From: an uncultured virus (IMG/VR IMGVR_UViG_3300024177_000002)
Taxonomy: Duplodnaviria; Heunggongvirae; Uroviricota; Caudoviricetes
Direction: 5' to 3' (one strand)
Virus record (IMG/VR): IMGVR_UViG_3300024177_000002
Length of the DNA stretch: 64,000 bases
This document shows, in pieces, positions 1 through 10,462 of this stretch (position 1 is the stretch's first letter; each line of letters opens with the position of its first letter). The translations under genes and the position numbers were made by a program. The notes below the pieces were generated by a model. It did no database searches. It had not been told where the DNA came from and saw only the letters and a list, made by a program, of their open reading frames with translations.

Positions 1-1640
1 CATAGAGCAATTAAATCGTCCTGAACGTCCTTGGCGTCGTATGGGTCTGAAAGCGTTATGTCCCACGATCCATGGAATATCGCTTCCGAGATATTGACCT
101 GAAAATCAATGTCCACATGGAAGTGGCTTTCTGAATAGGCCGTGATTGTCCAAGTAAAAAGCTGTGACGGATTCGGCCCGGTTCCGCATCCAGTTGGACA
201 AATACCGCAACCGGGCGATGTGCAATTTAATGCTTGAGTGTACGCATCGCCAATCCATTGACCAAGGTGAGTTTCAGTAACAGATGGTTGAGGGTGTCCG
301 GGAGTGTTTTCGCAATTATAGCGATTAAAACGATAGATGTAGGTATCATCAACGCCCGGAACCGTTCCTGGTCCCGGATCATCATGAAGGTAGGCATTAT
401 CCCATACTTGATGAAGCGTCATGGTTAGCCATCGTTTGTTGCACTGAACGGATGCTGGCGGAACCGGGCACTGAGCGTCATTGCCATCGCAATTCGTATT
501 GGAATAAGTATTCCGAAGGTCTGAGAATCCGCACCATCGTTTCCAAGCATTGATTCGCTTCCCAGAATAACTGAAACAGGACAAATGAAAAACTTTGGAA
601 CAAGTGTGAGTCCCATCTGTAACCTGAATGGTTGCAGTAAAATCACCTATTGTTGTCGGCAACCCGCTGATTTCACCTGTGGCACTGTTGAGAGAAAGTC
701 CGCTTGGAAATGAGCCGGAAACAAAACTCCAAACGAGTGTTCCAGTGAATCCAGTTGACGCCAATGTCTGTGAATACGCCTCATTTGGGGATGCGTCATC
801 AAGTCTGCTATCTGTTGTGATGCCGCGAACGACGATTGTGTAAGCTTTGGATTTGGCGCAGTTTTGAGAAACGCGAACTGTGACGGTAAAAGTGTATGAT
901 CCAGCCGTTGTTGGCGTTCCGTCCAGCAATGCGTTTCCGGGAATGTCGCCACCGTGAAAAACCATACCCGGAGGAAGCGATCCGGTGAGCGACCAATCAT
1001 TTGTTGCTGGCGGAACAGCCACCGTGTCTCCAGTTGCTACAACATTCAGGCTGTAGGCATTGCTGAGGCATAGCGATGTTGGTAGTGAGGAAAGTGAAAT
1101 AGTTCTGCACGGTGGGCATTTGCTGAGATTCACTTGCTGACAGGCAAATTGAAAAGCGCGGTCGTTTGCCTGTTCCTGAGTTTGAGCCAGATACAAACCC
1201 GCTGGCGTGGTGTAATTGAACACGCTGCTATCGGGACACACCTTTGTGCATGTTTGGGGCGTGCTGTAAAAAAGCTGAGTCTTGGCAGGCGGAATTGCTG
1301 GGCCGTCTTCGTGTCCCGGAGGGTCGTCAGGCGGGTTTCCGGTTCTTGCAGGAGATGAAGCCGGCAATCCAGCGCAGAAGTCTAAAAGCACCGCACATTG
1401 CTGCCAAAGTCGAGAAACCACCGACAGGCGTTGTGCGTAGGTTGCTCCTGGAGGGTACGAAGCAACCAATTCCTGTCCGCAACAAATCATGCGAAGCTCG
1501 TTGGCTCCGGTGCAGTTGTAGCTACTTGGGCAGTTTGTAAGGAAGGGGAAGTTTTCGCTTTGAAGCGAATACAAATCTGAAGGGTCCAAGTTGCTACAGT
1601 CTAAACTTGCACCACACCCCGAACATGGAAGTATATTCAC
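1..1640 (-). CDS. Cys-rich virion protein with two putative Ig (He_PIG-like) domains; 3' end runs off the window
   Basis: Not in the ORF track because it has no stop inside the window. Manual translation from GTG at 1640 (overlapping the stop of the 591-aa gene): MNILPCSGCGASLDC...YTTPAGLYLAQTQEQANDRA...GSLPPGM...GTPTTAGSYTFTVTV...GSFPSGLSLNSATGEISGLPTTIGDFTATIQVTDG; open to position 1. Confidence 0.8.
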   Translation of the reverse strand, partial: MNILPCSGCGASLDCSNLDPSDLYSLQSENFPFLTNCPSSYNCTGANELRMICCGQELVASYPPGATYAQRLSVVSRLWQQCAVLLDFCAGLPASSPARTGNPPDDPPGHEDGPAIPPAKTQLFYSTPQTCTKVCPDSSVFNYTTPAGLYLAQTQEQANDRAFQFACQQVNLSKCPPCRTISLSSLPTSLCLSNAYSLNVVATGDTVAVPPATNDWSLTGSLPPGMVFHGGDIPGNALLDGTPTTAGSYTFTVTVRVSQNCAKSKAYTIVVRGITTDSRLDDASPNEAYSQTLASTGFTGTLVWSFVSGSFPSGLSLNSATGEISGLPTTIGDFTATIQVTDGTHTCSKVFHLSCFSYSGKRINAWKRWCGFSDLRNTYSNTNCDGNDAQCPVPPASVQCNKRWLTMTLHQVWDNAYLHDDPGPGTVPGVDDTYIYRFNRYNCENTPGHPQPSVTETHLGQWIGDAYTQALNCTSPGCGICPTGCGTGPNPSQLFTWTITAYSESHFHVDIDFQVNISEAIFHGSWDITLSDPYDAKDVQDDLIAL

Positions 1641-3412
1641 GGGCATTGGGGCGTGCAGTTTTGAGGTGCGTAACTTGGTTCTGGGCACGTAATCGCCCTT
1701 ACTCTACCGCCAAGGAATCGACAGTGCCCAGTGATAATCCACTTAATTTGAAAATTGTAACCTTCCCTAAAAGGGCGATTAGTGGTTTCGTCGCAAGGGG
1801 CTGGTGAGGGTTCTCCAAGACCCATTCTTGGCCGGAATTGAGGCTTTGCGTACGGGTTGGTTTCTGAAACTTCGGGAGCGCATTCTTGCCATTTGAACCA
1901 CGGAATCCAGCACCGTGACTCCTCTGGCTTATACCAAACCTGGAAATCAACTTTGCCAATCAAATCATCCACGTAAATCTCGCCATCCTGTAACCGCTTC
2001 AACTGATGCTTACGCGGATCACCATCAGGATAATTGAACAGAACCGGAGATTCACCTTCCCAAATGATTCGTTGATTTCCGAAATCATCAACATCATAAA
2101 TCGCCTTTCCGCTTTTCAGGATTTCGTAAAGGTCAATCGTGTTGGTAATCGTGTTCAAACAAAAAGCGAAGCAGCGCTCAACGCGATTGAACTGCCCCGT
2201 AACAAGCTGAAGCACATTTAGTCCAACCCAAACATCGTCATAAACCGATGGGGCCTTGCCGCGTAGCGAGCTAATCGTGTCGAAATTGAGCGCAATCAGT
2301 TTCTTGTGATATACACCTTGGTCGGATGGCGTTGGCAAAGCGGTTATCAGGTAGCGATTATCAAAAACGACTGCCGAACTGTAGCGCAGCAAATCGGGCG
2401 AGTCTTGATCCAGAACGGGGCGGACTTCATTGCTTTGCGGCACATTACCCCACGTATTGAAATCGCGCCGCCCAAGGATTTCGGAGCGTATTCCGTCCAA
2501 TGAGCGAAAGATAACATCGCTGTTGGCAATCACGGTCGAGTTTTGGGCAAGTGCTCCATTGGAAATCAAAGTCTCCGTGAGAATCGGGTTGGTGATGTCT
2601 TGCCATGTCAAATTATCAACAGGTGCATTGCAGCTAAAAATTGTGCTGTATGTGAAAACGTGTAATGGGCCTTGGCCGAGTGATGCATCTAGGTTAGCCA
2701 CGAATTTCATGGCTGTGATTTCGCCCATTGTGCCAGGCACTGTGAATTTACCCCCGCCTGCCAAGAATGTGTTTTGTGTGACTTTCAGGACTGCATCCCG
2801 AAAGTTATTCCCTATTGTTCCGCTGCTGGAATTGACAATATCGCTTCCTTCAAATTGTTTGCCATCAACTAAAGAAAACCAGTTCCGGCCCATGCCGTAA
2901 GCTCCCATGCGTCCCGGAGGCAATTCGCCAGCGCCAACATTTGATCGCCGAGCCGTTGTGCCGTCGAAGAAAATTGGAATACTCAGTCCATCGTTTATGA
3001 TCGTCCATTTTTCAGACTGCCAAAGCCATGCTTGAGTTCTATCGGCTGGATTTGGGCCTCCAGCAATCGGTATCTCCCACGCAGTTGAATCCGGCGTTAA
3101 GATGGCCGGCGTAAATTGGAAAAGTCGCCCTGAAATCATCGCCACCAAACTTTCGCTTCCGTTGTCCGGTTGATAACGGTCCGCCCCTTGCCATAATCCA
3201 GATTCAATGGCTGTTTGAACTCCAACATTGCTAAAGCTGACATTGATCTTTCGGACTGTGGCTCGATGGGTTGCAAAACTTCCGCGAACGGTTGTGTTGA
3301 TTGCTGCCGCCAACTGGTTCTTTGGCAGAAGCAATGGAGCTATGCCGCGATTAGAGCCGGCCTCGAATGTGAATAGCGAGTCCTCTAATGTCGCTGGCTT
3401 AAAATCGTTCAC
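1637..3412 (-). CDS. virion stabilisation / tail tubular B-like beta-propeller protein
   Basis: 591-aa beta-rich ORF among virion genes; size and context match P22 gp10 / T7 gp12-type proteins. Confidence 0.6.
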   Translation of the reverse strand: MNDFKPATLEDSLFTFEAGSNRGIAPLLLPKNQLAAAINTTVRGSFATHRATVRKINVSFSNVGVQTAIESGLWQGADRYQPDNGSESLVAMISGRLFQFTPAILTPDSTAWEIPIAGGPNPADRTQAWLWQSEKWTIINDGLSIPIFFDGTTARRSNVGAGELPPGRMGAYGMGRNWFSLVDGKQFEGSDIVNSSSGTIGNNFRDAVLKVTQNTFLAGGGKFTVPGTMGEITAMKFVANLDASLGQGPLHVFTYSTIFSCNAPVDNLTWQDITNPILTETLISNGALAQNSTVIANSDVIFRSLDGIRSEILGRRDFNTWGNVPQSNEVRPVLDQDSPDLLRYSSAVVFDNRYLITALPTPSDQGVYHKKLIALNFDTISSLRGKAPSVYDDVWVGLNVLQLVTGQFNRVERCFAFCLNTITNTIDLYEILKSGKAIYDVDDFGNQRIIWEGESPVLFNYPDGDPRKHQLKRLQDGEIYVDDLIGKVDFQVWYKPEESRCWIPWFKWQECAPEVSETNPYAKPQFRPRMGLGEPSPAPCDETTNRPFREGYNFQIKWIITGHCRFLGGRVRAITCPEPSYAPQNCTPQCP

Positions 3413-3792
3413 AATGGCCCAGTCCTTCCCGTTTCATTCCACTTGGTGCCGTCGCTCTGAAATGAGATAGTGTAAACCTTCCCGCTTGTTACACCTGTAT
3501 TCAAAGGACCAGACGAACGAAAATTTGTCGCCCAACTTAAAACAAAAATAACGACCCCAGATGTGGTGACGATGAATGTCACTTGCTGAGTTGGCTTGCC
3601 AGTGATTGCAGCATTGAATGTGATATTCCCGGTTGGCGTCACCGTCACAACTGATGAAGTCATTGGCACCGATACCGCCCCCGTAGTTGCTGCGGCAGCC
3701 GATGATCCTGTTAAACTCGCATCCAACGAAATCGCCTTGTTGAATCGGAGTGCGGTATAAAGCTCAATGATCTTGGCAGCCGTGAGGGTCAT
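3409..3792 (-). CDS. small fibre/decoration beta-domain protein (paralogue of the C-terminus of 25374-26033)
   Basis: ATG at 3792 overlaps the upstream stop; VTVTPTGNITFNA...TNFRSSGPLNTGVTSGKVYTISF...WNETGRT. Confidence 0.7.
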   Translation of the reverse strand: MTLTAAKIIELYTALRFNKAISLDASLTGSSAAAATTGAVSVPMTSSVVTVTPTGNITFNAAITGKPTQQVTFIVTTSGVVIFVLSWATNFRSSGPLNTGVTSGKVYTISFQSDGTKWNETGRTGPL

Positions 3793-4604
3793 TAGGAGAT
3801 TCTGACGGCGATGATTTGAGCGGCGGTAATTTGTAAATCTCCGGGAGTTGCAATAGCTGAACAGTTTGCCCAAAGCTGAACAATATCGTTAGCAGCCGAT
3901 GTCGTGTACGGAACCGCGCACAAGACGATCTCAAATACGTTGGCATCTGTTACGGCGGTGGACTCTGGAACCGATTGGTAAGCTACCGCGTTAACCGTAG
4001 AACCAGGATAAACTTTAACGGTGCCTGGGGTGTTATTAGTGCGTTGTAGTTGGATTCCTACGGTAGAAACTGGCGCAATTCCATAAGTTGCTGCCGTCAT
4101 TCCTACGCGAGCGCTGGCGAAAAGAAGATAAGTTCCGTCCGGGAGGGTGATTGACGGGTCTGTGCTGCCGCCTCCCTGGAAATCAATAAAGGCAAATCCA
4201 GTATCTAGCAAATCATACGGTGTTCCGGTGGCAATAGCCGCCAATGTCGTAAGAGCCGGTTGTGCTCCACTCGGAGAGACTTGAGTGCCGATAATGCTGT
4301 TGCCTCCAAGATCGCCTGCGTATCCTAAATATTCGAGAGTGGCAGAAATTGAACTGCCAATGGAGACTACGCGATAAGTTTCTGGCCCCGCAAAGACAAC
4401 GATTTGGCCTACGACCATCCATGCAGTCGTGTCCAAAAACACTTGCACCTGATTTCCGGGGCCGGGGTTTGTAACAAGATCGGTTGTTACTGAGAAGGCG
4501 TTGACTCCGTTTGTGCCGGCTGTGCCGTTTGGACCTTCGGGGCCTGGCACCGCTACGGACAATGGGGTATCACAGCACGGAACGCATGGACTTGAAGATG
4601 GCAC
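3792..4604 (-). CDS. collagen-like fibre protein
   Basis: N-terminal CxxCC, then GPEGPNGTAGTNG G-X-Y repeat, then a beta-rich body. Confidence 0.7.
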   Translation of the reverse strand: MPSSSPCVPCCDTPLSVAVPGPEGPNGTAGTNGVNAFSVTTDLVTNPGPGNQVQVFLDTTAWMVVGQIVVFAGPETYRVVSIGSSISATLEYLGYAGDLGGNSIIGTQVSPSGAQPALTTLAAIATGTPYDLLDTGFAFIDFQGGGSTDPSITLPDGTYLLFASARVGMTAATYGIAPVSTVGIQLQRTNNTPGTVKVYPGSTVNAVAYQSVPESTAVTDANVFEIVLCAVPYTTSAANDIVQLWANCSAIATPGDLQITAAQIIAVRIS

Positions 4605-4665
4605 GGTAAGCCTTTCGCTTTAGAAGTTTGCTTTTTGTCGGCATTTATCTTTCTCTTACGTCGGA

Positions 4666-6495
4666 ATGGCAAAAACTTCAATCTCTAAATATGGATGCCG
4701 CTGGAATGGGAGTTGGTCATCGCTTGACATTGAATTCGACATGATCCGAATTTTGTCTGACCCGGATAGGATAAAGCGCCTAAAAAATTACACGCCGACA
4801 ACCGAGTTATTCGATCATTACAAGGCGGCACAGACTTTGATTTGGCCTGCTGATTACCATAACCGATGGTCTGATTTGATTCTCAAAGAGGTTTTGAAAA
4901 ACACTCATACGGCTGTTCTTGGTCCAAAGGATGCCGGCAAAACTTACACCATAGCCAAATTTGCATTGGTTGATTATTGGGTTTTTCCTCAAGAAACTTT
5001 GATCCTTATGACAACCGATAGCGTTCGAGGATTGGAGCTTCGAGTTTGGGGAGCCATCAAAGACCTGTGGCGACGCGGTAAAGAACTGCATCCAGAATTG
5101 TGCGGCTTTCCTGTGGATCATAAACATTCCCTCTGCACGGACAGCTTAGGTCCCGACATGGACCCGGTTCGAGACATGAGGAAAGGCATAATAGGAATCC
5201 CGTGTCGATCAAGTACGGGAGCGGAAATTTCTTTGAATAATTACGTCGGGTTAAAGCAGAAGCGAAGGCGGTTGCTTTCGGATGAAGTGCAATTTCTTGG
5301 CAACGTGTTTTTGGAAGCGCCAGCCGCCCTTGGCGGAACTGGATTCAAGGGGGTTTATATGGGGCACCCGCTTGGCCAAGGTGATGCATTGGATAAACTT
5401 TCCGAGCCTAAAAACGGATGGGGAAGTGAGGGGGAAATTACCAAGACAACTTGCTGGCAGAATAAATTTAAGGACGGCAGAACCGTAAATCTCGTTGGAA
5501 CGGATTCGCCTAATTTCGATTATCCTTCAGATCAACCGCCGCATTTTGACCGGATGATTCATCAGAAGGATATTGATGAAATTATTTCCTTCTACGGTAA
5601 AGACTCAACTCAGTATTGGTCAAAATGCTTGGCAATCCGCAAGCCTGGACTGATGGCTCGGAGGGTGATTACCATAAAATTGTGCGAAGAACACAAAGCG
5701 TTTGATCCGGTTATTTGGATGGGAAAGCCGCGAACAAAGGTTTACTATATTGATGCGGCTTATGGCTCTATTGGAGGCGACCGATGTATTGGTGGATGGC
5801 TTGAATTCGGAGAGGATCACGAAGGAACAATCGTAATTTTCATCCATCCTCAAACACTCATTCCGGTCACTGTTAATTCTCCATTCATCCCAGAGGATCA
5901 GATTGCCATGTTTGTTAAAAGCGAGTGTGAAGGCATTGGAAGCCTTAATATTCCGCCTCAAAATGTTTTCTACGATTCTACTGGCCGTGGCTCACTTGGA
6001 ACGTCATTTGGAAGAATTTGGAGTTCGCTTGTAAATCCTGTTGAGTTTGGCGGGGCTGCCACAGACAGGCCGGTGTCCGACGATCTTTACATAAGCGACC
6101 CATTAATACATCAACGAAGATTGAAGTTGTGCTATGAAGAATTTTCCAAGCGCGTCACCGAATTTTGGTTCATGTTTCGATATGCCGTTGAGGCGAATCA
6201 AATTCGCGGATTGCCAAGAGATGTTGCCGAAGAAGGGAGCCAGCGTGAATGGAAAACTGTCAGCGGAGGACGAGTCGAGATTGAAACTAAGTCCGATATG
6301 CGCGAACGAACCGGAGAAAGCCCCGACAAATTTGACGGATTAGTAACTGGCCTCGAAGGTGCAAGACGGCTAGGATTTAAGATCAAACGCATGGTTTCAA
6401 AGCATGATGCGGATAATTCTGGCGAAGATTGGTTTGACTTGGAGGCCGAGAAATATGACAACATCATTAAAAGCAAGTTGATTCAGCATTCGTAA
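4666..6495 (+). CDS. terL: terminase large subunit
   Basis: 609 aa; Walker A-like GPKDAGKT, Walker B LLSDE, RNase H-like YYIDAAYG, C-terminal SPDKFD. Confidence 0.88.
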   Translation: MAKTSISKYGCRWNGSWSSLDIEFDMIRILSDPDRIKRLKNYTPTTELFDHYKAAQTLIWPADYHNRWSDLILKEVLKNTHTAVLGPKDAGKTYTIAKFALVDYWVFPQETLILMTTDSVRGLELRVWGAIKDLWRRGKELHPELCGFPVDHKHSLCTDSLGPDMDPVRDMRKGIIGIPCRSSTGAEISLNNYVGLKQKRRRLLSDEVQFLGNVFLEAPAALGGTGFKGVYMGHPLGQGDALDKLSEPKNGWGSEGEITKTTCWQNKFKDGRTVNLVGTDSPNFDYPSDQPPHFDRMIHQKDIDEIISFYGKDSTQYWSKCLAIRKPGLMARRVITIKLCEEHKAFDPVIWMGKPRTKVYYIDAAYGSIGGDRCIGGWLEFGEDHEGTIVIFIHPQTLIPVTVNSPFIPEDQIAMFVKSECEGIGSLNIPPQNVFYDSTGRGSLGTSFGRIWSSLVNPVEFGGAATDRPVSDDLYISDPLIHQRRLKLCYEEFSKRVTEFWFMFRYAVEANQIRGLPRDVAEEGSQREWKTVSGGRVEIETKSDMRERTGESPDKFDGLVTGLEGARRLGFKIKRMVSKHDADNSGEDWFDLEAEKYDNIIKSKLIQHS

Positions 6496-6496
6496 C

Positions 6497-6805
6497 ATGT
6501 GGACGCTCAAACGATACGACAAGACGCCGCCAGGAGGATACCCATTTACTCAGACACAAGGCATTCACCACGAATGGGGTTTCTCCGTTGATTTTGATGG
6601 ACGCTCCAAAGAAATCAGTGAGTTCAGGACAGCGAACAACCTTCTTCGATCCGGCATCGAGGAAAGCACTGTCGATCTCGTGCAGTTTACTTGCCAGAGA
6701 CTTGGCGGCATGGGGTGCATTAATACCGAGAAAACTTATGCCGAGACGGTGCCGAAGATTGCTAAGCTGACAAGGGGATGCAGGGGCTGCGGCGCTCGCG
6801 TATGA
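6497..6805 (+). CDS. Cys-rich hypothetical protein
   Basis: 102-aa ORF directly after terL, ending GCRGCG. Confidence 0.7.
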   Translation: MWTLKRYDKTPPGGYPFTQTQGIHHEWGFSVDFDGRSKEISEFRTANNLLRSGIEESTVDLVQFTCQRLGGMGCINTEKTYAETVPKIAKLTRGCRGCGARV

Positions 6806-7194
6806 ATCCTATCAGTGAATTGGCTTCAGGTGGTTGGATACTTTCTGACTGGCTTGGAAAAGGCGCTCGCGTAGTCGATCAAAAGACCGCCGATGACAGA
6901 GCTTCGATTTGTGTTACCTGCCCAGAGAATCGCGGGGAACTTTGGTGGGAAAGGATGCTGAAAGACCCAATTGCGGACATGATGCGGAAGCAGCTTGAGT
7001 TAAAAAACCACATGGCGTTGCGAGTTTCCGTTGAGGATAAAATTCACGTCTGCGCTGCGTGCGGGTGTCTAACTCGATTAAAAGTGTGGGCGGATATTCA
7101 GCACATCAAAGATCACACACCGCCTGAGACAATGGAGAAATTTGTTCCTAATTGCTGGATTCGTAAAGAGATTGCCACACCTAATTTACCGTGA
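6802..7194 (+). CDS. CxxC-containing hypothetical protein
   Basis: ATGA overlap at 6802; CVTCP, CAACGC and CW motifs. Confidence 0.7.
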   Translation: MNPISELASGGWILSDWLGKGARVVDQKTADDRASICVTCPENRGELWWERMLKDPIADMMRKQLELKNHMALRVSVEDKIHVCAACGCLTRLKVWADIQHIKDHTPPETMEKFVPNCWIRKEIATPNLP

Positions 7195-7209
7195 TAGCAT
7201 GGAGGCACT

Positions 7210-9573
7210 ATTCAATTTAAAGATGCCAAATCTGTCTTAGACGTTCTCTACGCCGGTAGGGATGTAGCGCGTATCCGCGCCGATAATCGCGTCAAAATTA
7301 ATAATGCCGCGAATGGCTTTCCTCCTTTGACTGAAGCTGAAGCCAAGGCCCAAAATCTCAAGGTCAATGTCAACTTCCTTCAGCAACCACTTCTGCACGC
7401 CACGGCTCGCCGTCAATATACACACAATTTCAACGGCACAGAACATTACTTCAAAATCACTATTCCGACCGCCCCCAGCGAGAAAGAAACGGATTGGTCA
7501 ACTTTCATCACGAACTACATCAATGGAATTCTGAAGGATTCGAGAGCATATTTCTTTTTGGGTCAGAATAAATGGACAGCCATCGTTGCTCACGGCATTG
7601 CGCCTCAAATGTGGTGGGATAGTGAAGATTGGCTTCCAAAATTTGTTCCTATCGAGGACTGGCGAGTTCCAACGGACACGTTAACCAGCTTTGAAAACTT
7701 ACCATGGACGGCAGTTAGGCTTCCAACGACTGAGGGTGAATTAGCGGAGAGGGTTTTTGGTGAGAATGCCGACCCGCATTGGGATAAACCCGCGATAGCG
7801 AAAATCCTAGATGCCTATCGAAAGCAAAATTATCAGGATGTTGGTTACAATTGCAATTGGCTCGATCAACCCGAAAAAATGGCGGAGTTGGTTAAACAGA
7901 ATCTCGGATATTACATGAGCGATGCGGTTCCAACAATTCCGCTTTGGCATTTCTTCTTCAATGATCGAAAAAAATCCAGAGACAGATGGATGTTGCGAGT
8001 GGTTCCTGACTGGAATGTTCAAGGGGACGTTTCGCAGGTTAATAATGAGTTCTTGTATGACTCTGACAAGCCGTTCGCCGCTGATTTGGCTAATTTCCTG
8101 CACGTTCAGTTTGGAGATTTGAGCAATGTCACGCCTCAGACAGTTTGGGGTGTTCGCTCACTTGGCTTTGAGCTTCTTGATCTTTGCTTTTGGGATAACA
8201 TCACATTCTGCCGCACCATTCAGCATCTCATGGAGAGCATGAATGTTTGGTTGCGCGTGGTCGATCCAGCCGCTAAGGCCCGCGCTCAGAAGATTGATTT
8301 GTTCGATAAGGCCATTATCCCGGATGGTGTTGAAATTGTTCCTCAGAATGAGCGTCATCAATTGAACCAACAGCTAATTGAATACGTCATGGCGCAGGTA
8401 AAGCAGCGCATTGGCGAGGCGTCGGCCAGTTACACACAGCAATCCGATACCGGGACAGCCAAGGAGCAGACAGCTTACGAGACGGCGGTAAAAATGAGCA
8501 TGGTAAACGCCATGATGGAAGGACTGTTGCTTGTGGCGTCGGAACAGGAAAAGTTTTCAGGCAAAGAAATATGCCGCCGATTTTGTATCCGAAGAAGCTC
8601 GAATCGTGATGTTCAAAAGTTTCAAGCCGCTTGTGCTAATCACGGAATCCCGAAGGTTTTTGTCAATTCCGAACTTTGGAAAGTTACAGTGGAATTGCCG
8701 CTTGGTTCCGGGAATCCAGCAATGGCGATTGCTCAAGCTCAACAGTTGATCCAGATGCGGCCAATGTACGGGCCACAAGCGCAAATGGAGATTCTGCATG
8801 ATGCAACATCTGTCATTACCGGAAACTCAAACAAGGCTGCGAGATGGGTTCCGTTGGACGGCCAGACGAAGGCAACACCTGCCCAGAAGGTTGCTGAGGC
8901 CGATTTCGCCACCCTTATTCGCGGGCTGCCGGCCAACGTGCTAGAAGGTGTGAGCCTGACCGATCAAATTGAAACTCTGACCGGATTGCTGGCCGGCGAG
9001 ATTTCTATAATTTCCAAGACGGGAGGTGGAGACGCCAGGACGATGATGGGCTTGGGGAATACGGCGCAACATATCGACGCCTTGATTGAGCAGTTGTCCC
9101 AGAATCCACCTGACAAGGAAAGGGCCAACACCTACAAGAAGCAGATGGGCGAATTGGAGAAGGAAATTCAGCAACTCGGTCAAGCCTTGGCTCAGAAACA
9201 AGCCAAGAGCAATGGGCAAGTCGATCCCGCTGCGCTAGCCAAGGCTCAGGCGACCATGCTGCAAGCCCAAGTCAAAGGCCAAGTAACGGAACAAAATGCG
9301 GCTCAGAAACGCGAACACAAGGACGCCGCCTTTATCGCAGAACAACAGCGCAAAGGTGTTGCCTTGCTCGAGGATGAAAAGCGCAAAGCAGCCCAAACCG
9401 GGGCGCAGATTGGACGCGACCAAGCCGTAGCTGGAAGTCAAATCGGCATGGATCATGTCGAAGCTGGCGCTGAGATTGCGCGCGATCATGTTCGCACTCA
9501 GGCTGAGATTATGCAGGCCGAAGCAAAAGCCAAGGCAGAACGAGAGTCAAAAATAAGTCAGGAGGGAAAATAA
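7210..9573 (+). CDS. portal protein (P22-like), start uncertain (possibly ATT at 7210; first canonical start TTG 7327)
   Basis: Large ORF two genes after terL with a long Q/A-rich C-terminal coiled coil; frame is open upstream to 7198. Confidence 0.78.
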   Translation: MQFKDAKSVLDVLYAGRDVARIRADNRVKINNAANGFPPLTEAEAKAQNLKVNVNFLQQPLLHATARRQYTHNFNGTEHYFKITIPTAPSEKETDWSTFITNYINGILKDSRAYFFLGQNKWTAIVAHGIAPQMWWDSEDWLPKFVPIEDWRVPTDTLTSFENLPWTAVRLPTTEGELAERVFGENADPHWDKPAIAKILDAYRKQNYQDVGYNCNWLDQPEKMAELVKQNLGYYMSDAVPTIPLWHFFFNDRKKSRDRWMLRVVPDWNVQGDVSQVNNEFLYDSDKPFAADLANFLHVQFGDLSNVTPQTVWGVRSLGFELLDLCFWDNITFCRTIQHLMESMNVWLRVVDPAAKARAQKIDLFDKAIIPDGVEIVPQNERHQLNQQLIEYVMAQVKQRIGEASASYTQQSDTGTAKEQTAYETAVKMSMVNAMMEGLLLVASEQEKFSGKEICRRFCIRRSSNRDVQKFQAACANHGIPKVFVNSELWKVTVELPLGSGNPAMAIAQAQQLIQMRPMYGPQAQMEILHDATSVITGNSNKAARWVPLDGQTKATPAQKVAEADFATLIRGLPANVLEGVSLTDQIETLTGLLAGEISIISKTGGGDARTMMGLGNTAQHIDALIEQLSQNPPDKERANTYKKQMGELEKEIQQLGQALAQKQAKSNGQVDPAALAKAQATMLQAQVKGQVTEQNAAQKREHKDAAFIAEQQRKGVALLEDEKRKAAQTGAQIGRDQAVAGSQIGMDHVEAGAEIARDHVRTQAEIMQAEAKAKAERESKISQEGK

Positions 9574-9580
9574 TTAACCG

Positions 9581-9609
9581 TTGACGGCAAGCTTCTAACG
9601 GCTTTTAAT
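9581..9609 (+). promoter_or_regulatory. sigma70-like promoter, leaderless for the HNH gene
   Basis: TTGACG-17 bp-TTTAAT with ATG 7 nt downstream. Confidence 0.6.
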
Positions 9610-9616
9610 ATCCACA

Positions 9617-10297
9617 ATGAAAGTGGATAGAACCTGTCCCGTTTGTCATCGGTTATTCCAAACTCATCCATGCAGGTTGCTGGGCGAAAGGAGAGGTATA
9701 TTTTGTAGCAGGAAATGCAAATCTATAGGTCGGATCAAACGTCAAAAAAGGTTTTCTGAATACACGTGCAAAGAATGCGGAGTCCATTTTACTAGGCGAT
9801 TAGGATACGGTGGGACTGGAGACTGCTGTTCAATGAAATGTAGGCATGTTTATTTCGGAAGAAAACGTCGCGGTGCTAATCATCCTTTCTGGAAAGGTGG
9901 CCGAGCGCGTAGGACATGGAGAGTCAGAACCATTATTGATGCGAGAATAAAAGAGTCTGGAAAATGCGAACGGTGCGGCTCCACTGAATATCTGTGCGGA
10001 CACCATAAGAAGAAACATGCTGATTTTCCAGAGTGGCGTGAAAGCCCGGAAAACATTGAGGTTTTGTGTCGCCAATGCCACGCCAAGGAGCATCCAGAAA
10101 TGTCGTGGGCTATTTTAAGGCCGCTTCAGAGAAGCGGAAAGTCCATCAAGTGCATTGTTTGCGGAAAAGAAAGGTATGTGACGCCTCATTTGTTAAAAAC
10201 AGCTAAATTTTGCAGCAAGATATGCCAGAGATTTATTCTACATCAAAATCTAAGACTTAAGCATCTTAATAAAAAAATATGCAAAATCACTTCATAA
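9617..10297 (+). CDS. HNH endonuclease with multiple Zn-finger repeats
   Basis: CERCG...HHKK...NIEVLCRQCHAKEH; repeated CxxC...FCSxxC motifs. Confidence 0.85.
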   Translation: MKVDRTCPVCHRLFQTHPCRLLGERRGIFCSRKCKSIGRIKRQKRFSEYTCKECGVHFTRRLGYGGTGDCCSMKCRHVYFGRKRRGANHPFWKGGRARRTWRVRTIIDARIKESGKCERCGSTEYLCGHHKKKHADFPEWRESPENIEVLCRQCHAKEHPEMSWAILRPLQRSGKSIKCIVCGKERYVTPHLLKTAKFCSKICQRFILHQNLRLKHLNKKICKITS

Positions 10298-10458
10298 AAA
10301 CAGCTATCCGTCACATTGGTGGGCTTCACAAGAGCTTAGGCATTAAACCGTCTCAAAAAATTCCAGACAGCACCCTGAGAAAAGCCGCAAGCAAGCCCGG
10401 TTTACTTGGCCGGCAGGCTCGGCTCGCTATCACTCTGCGCTCATTTCACCACAAGTAA
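10279..10458 (+). CDS. small basic phage protein (GGLHKSLGI..KIP..L.KAA..PG.LG..ARLA.TL family)
   Basis: 59-aa ORF below the track cutoff: MQNHFIKTAIRHIGGLHKSLGIKPSQKIPDSTLRKAASKPGLLGRQARLAITLRSFHHK. Confidence 0.7.
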   Translation: MQNHFIKTAIRHIGGLHKSLGIKPSQKIPDSTLRKAASKPGLLGRQARLAITLRSFHHK

Positions 10459-10462
10459 TCGG

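Noticed and set aside
234..1580. Short ORFs listed in the track for 234-1580
   Set aside because: They are shadows of the long minus-strand Ig-domain gene that runs off the window.
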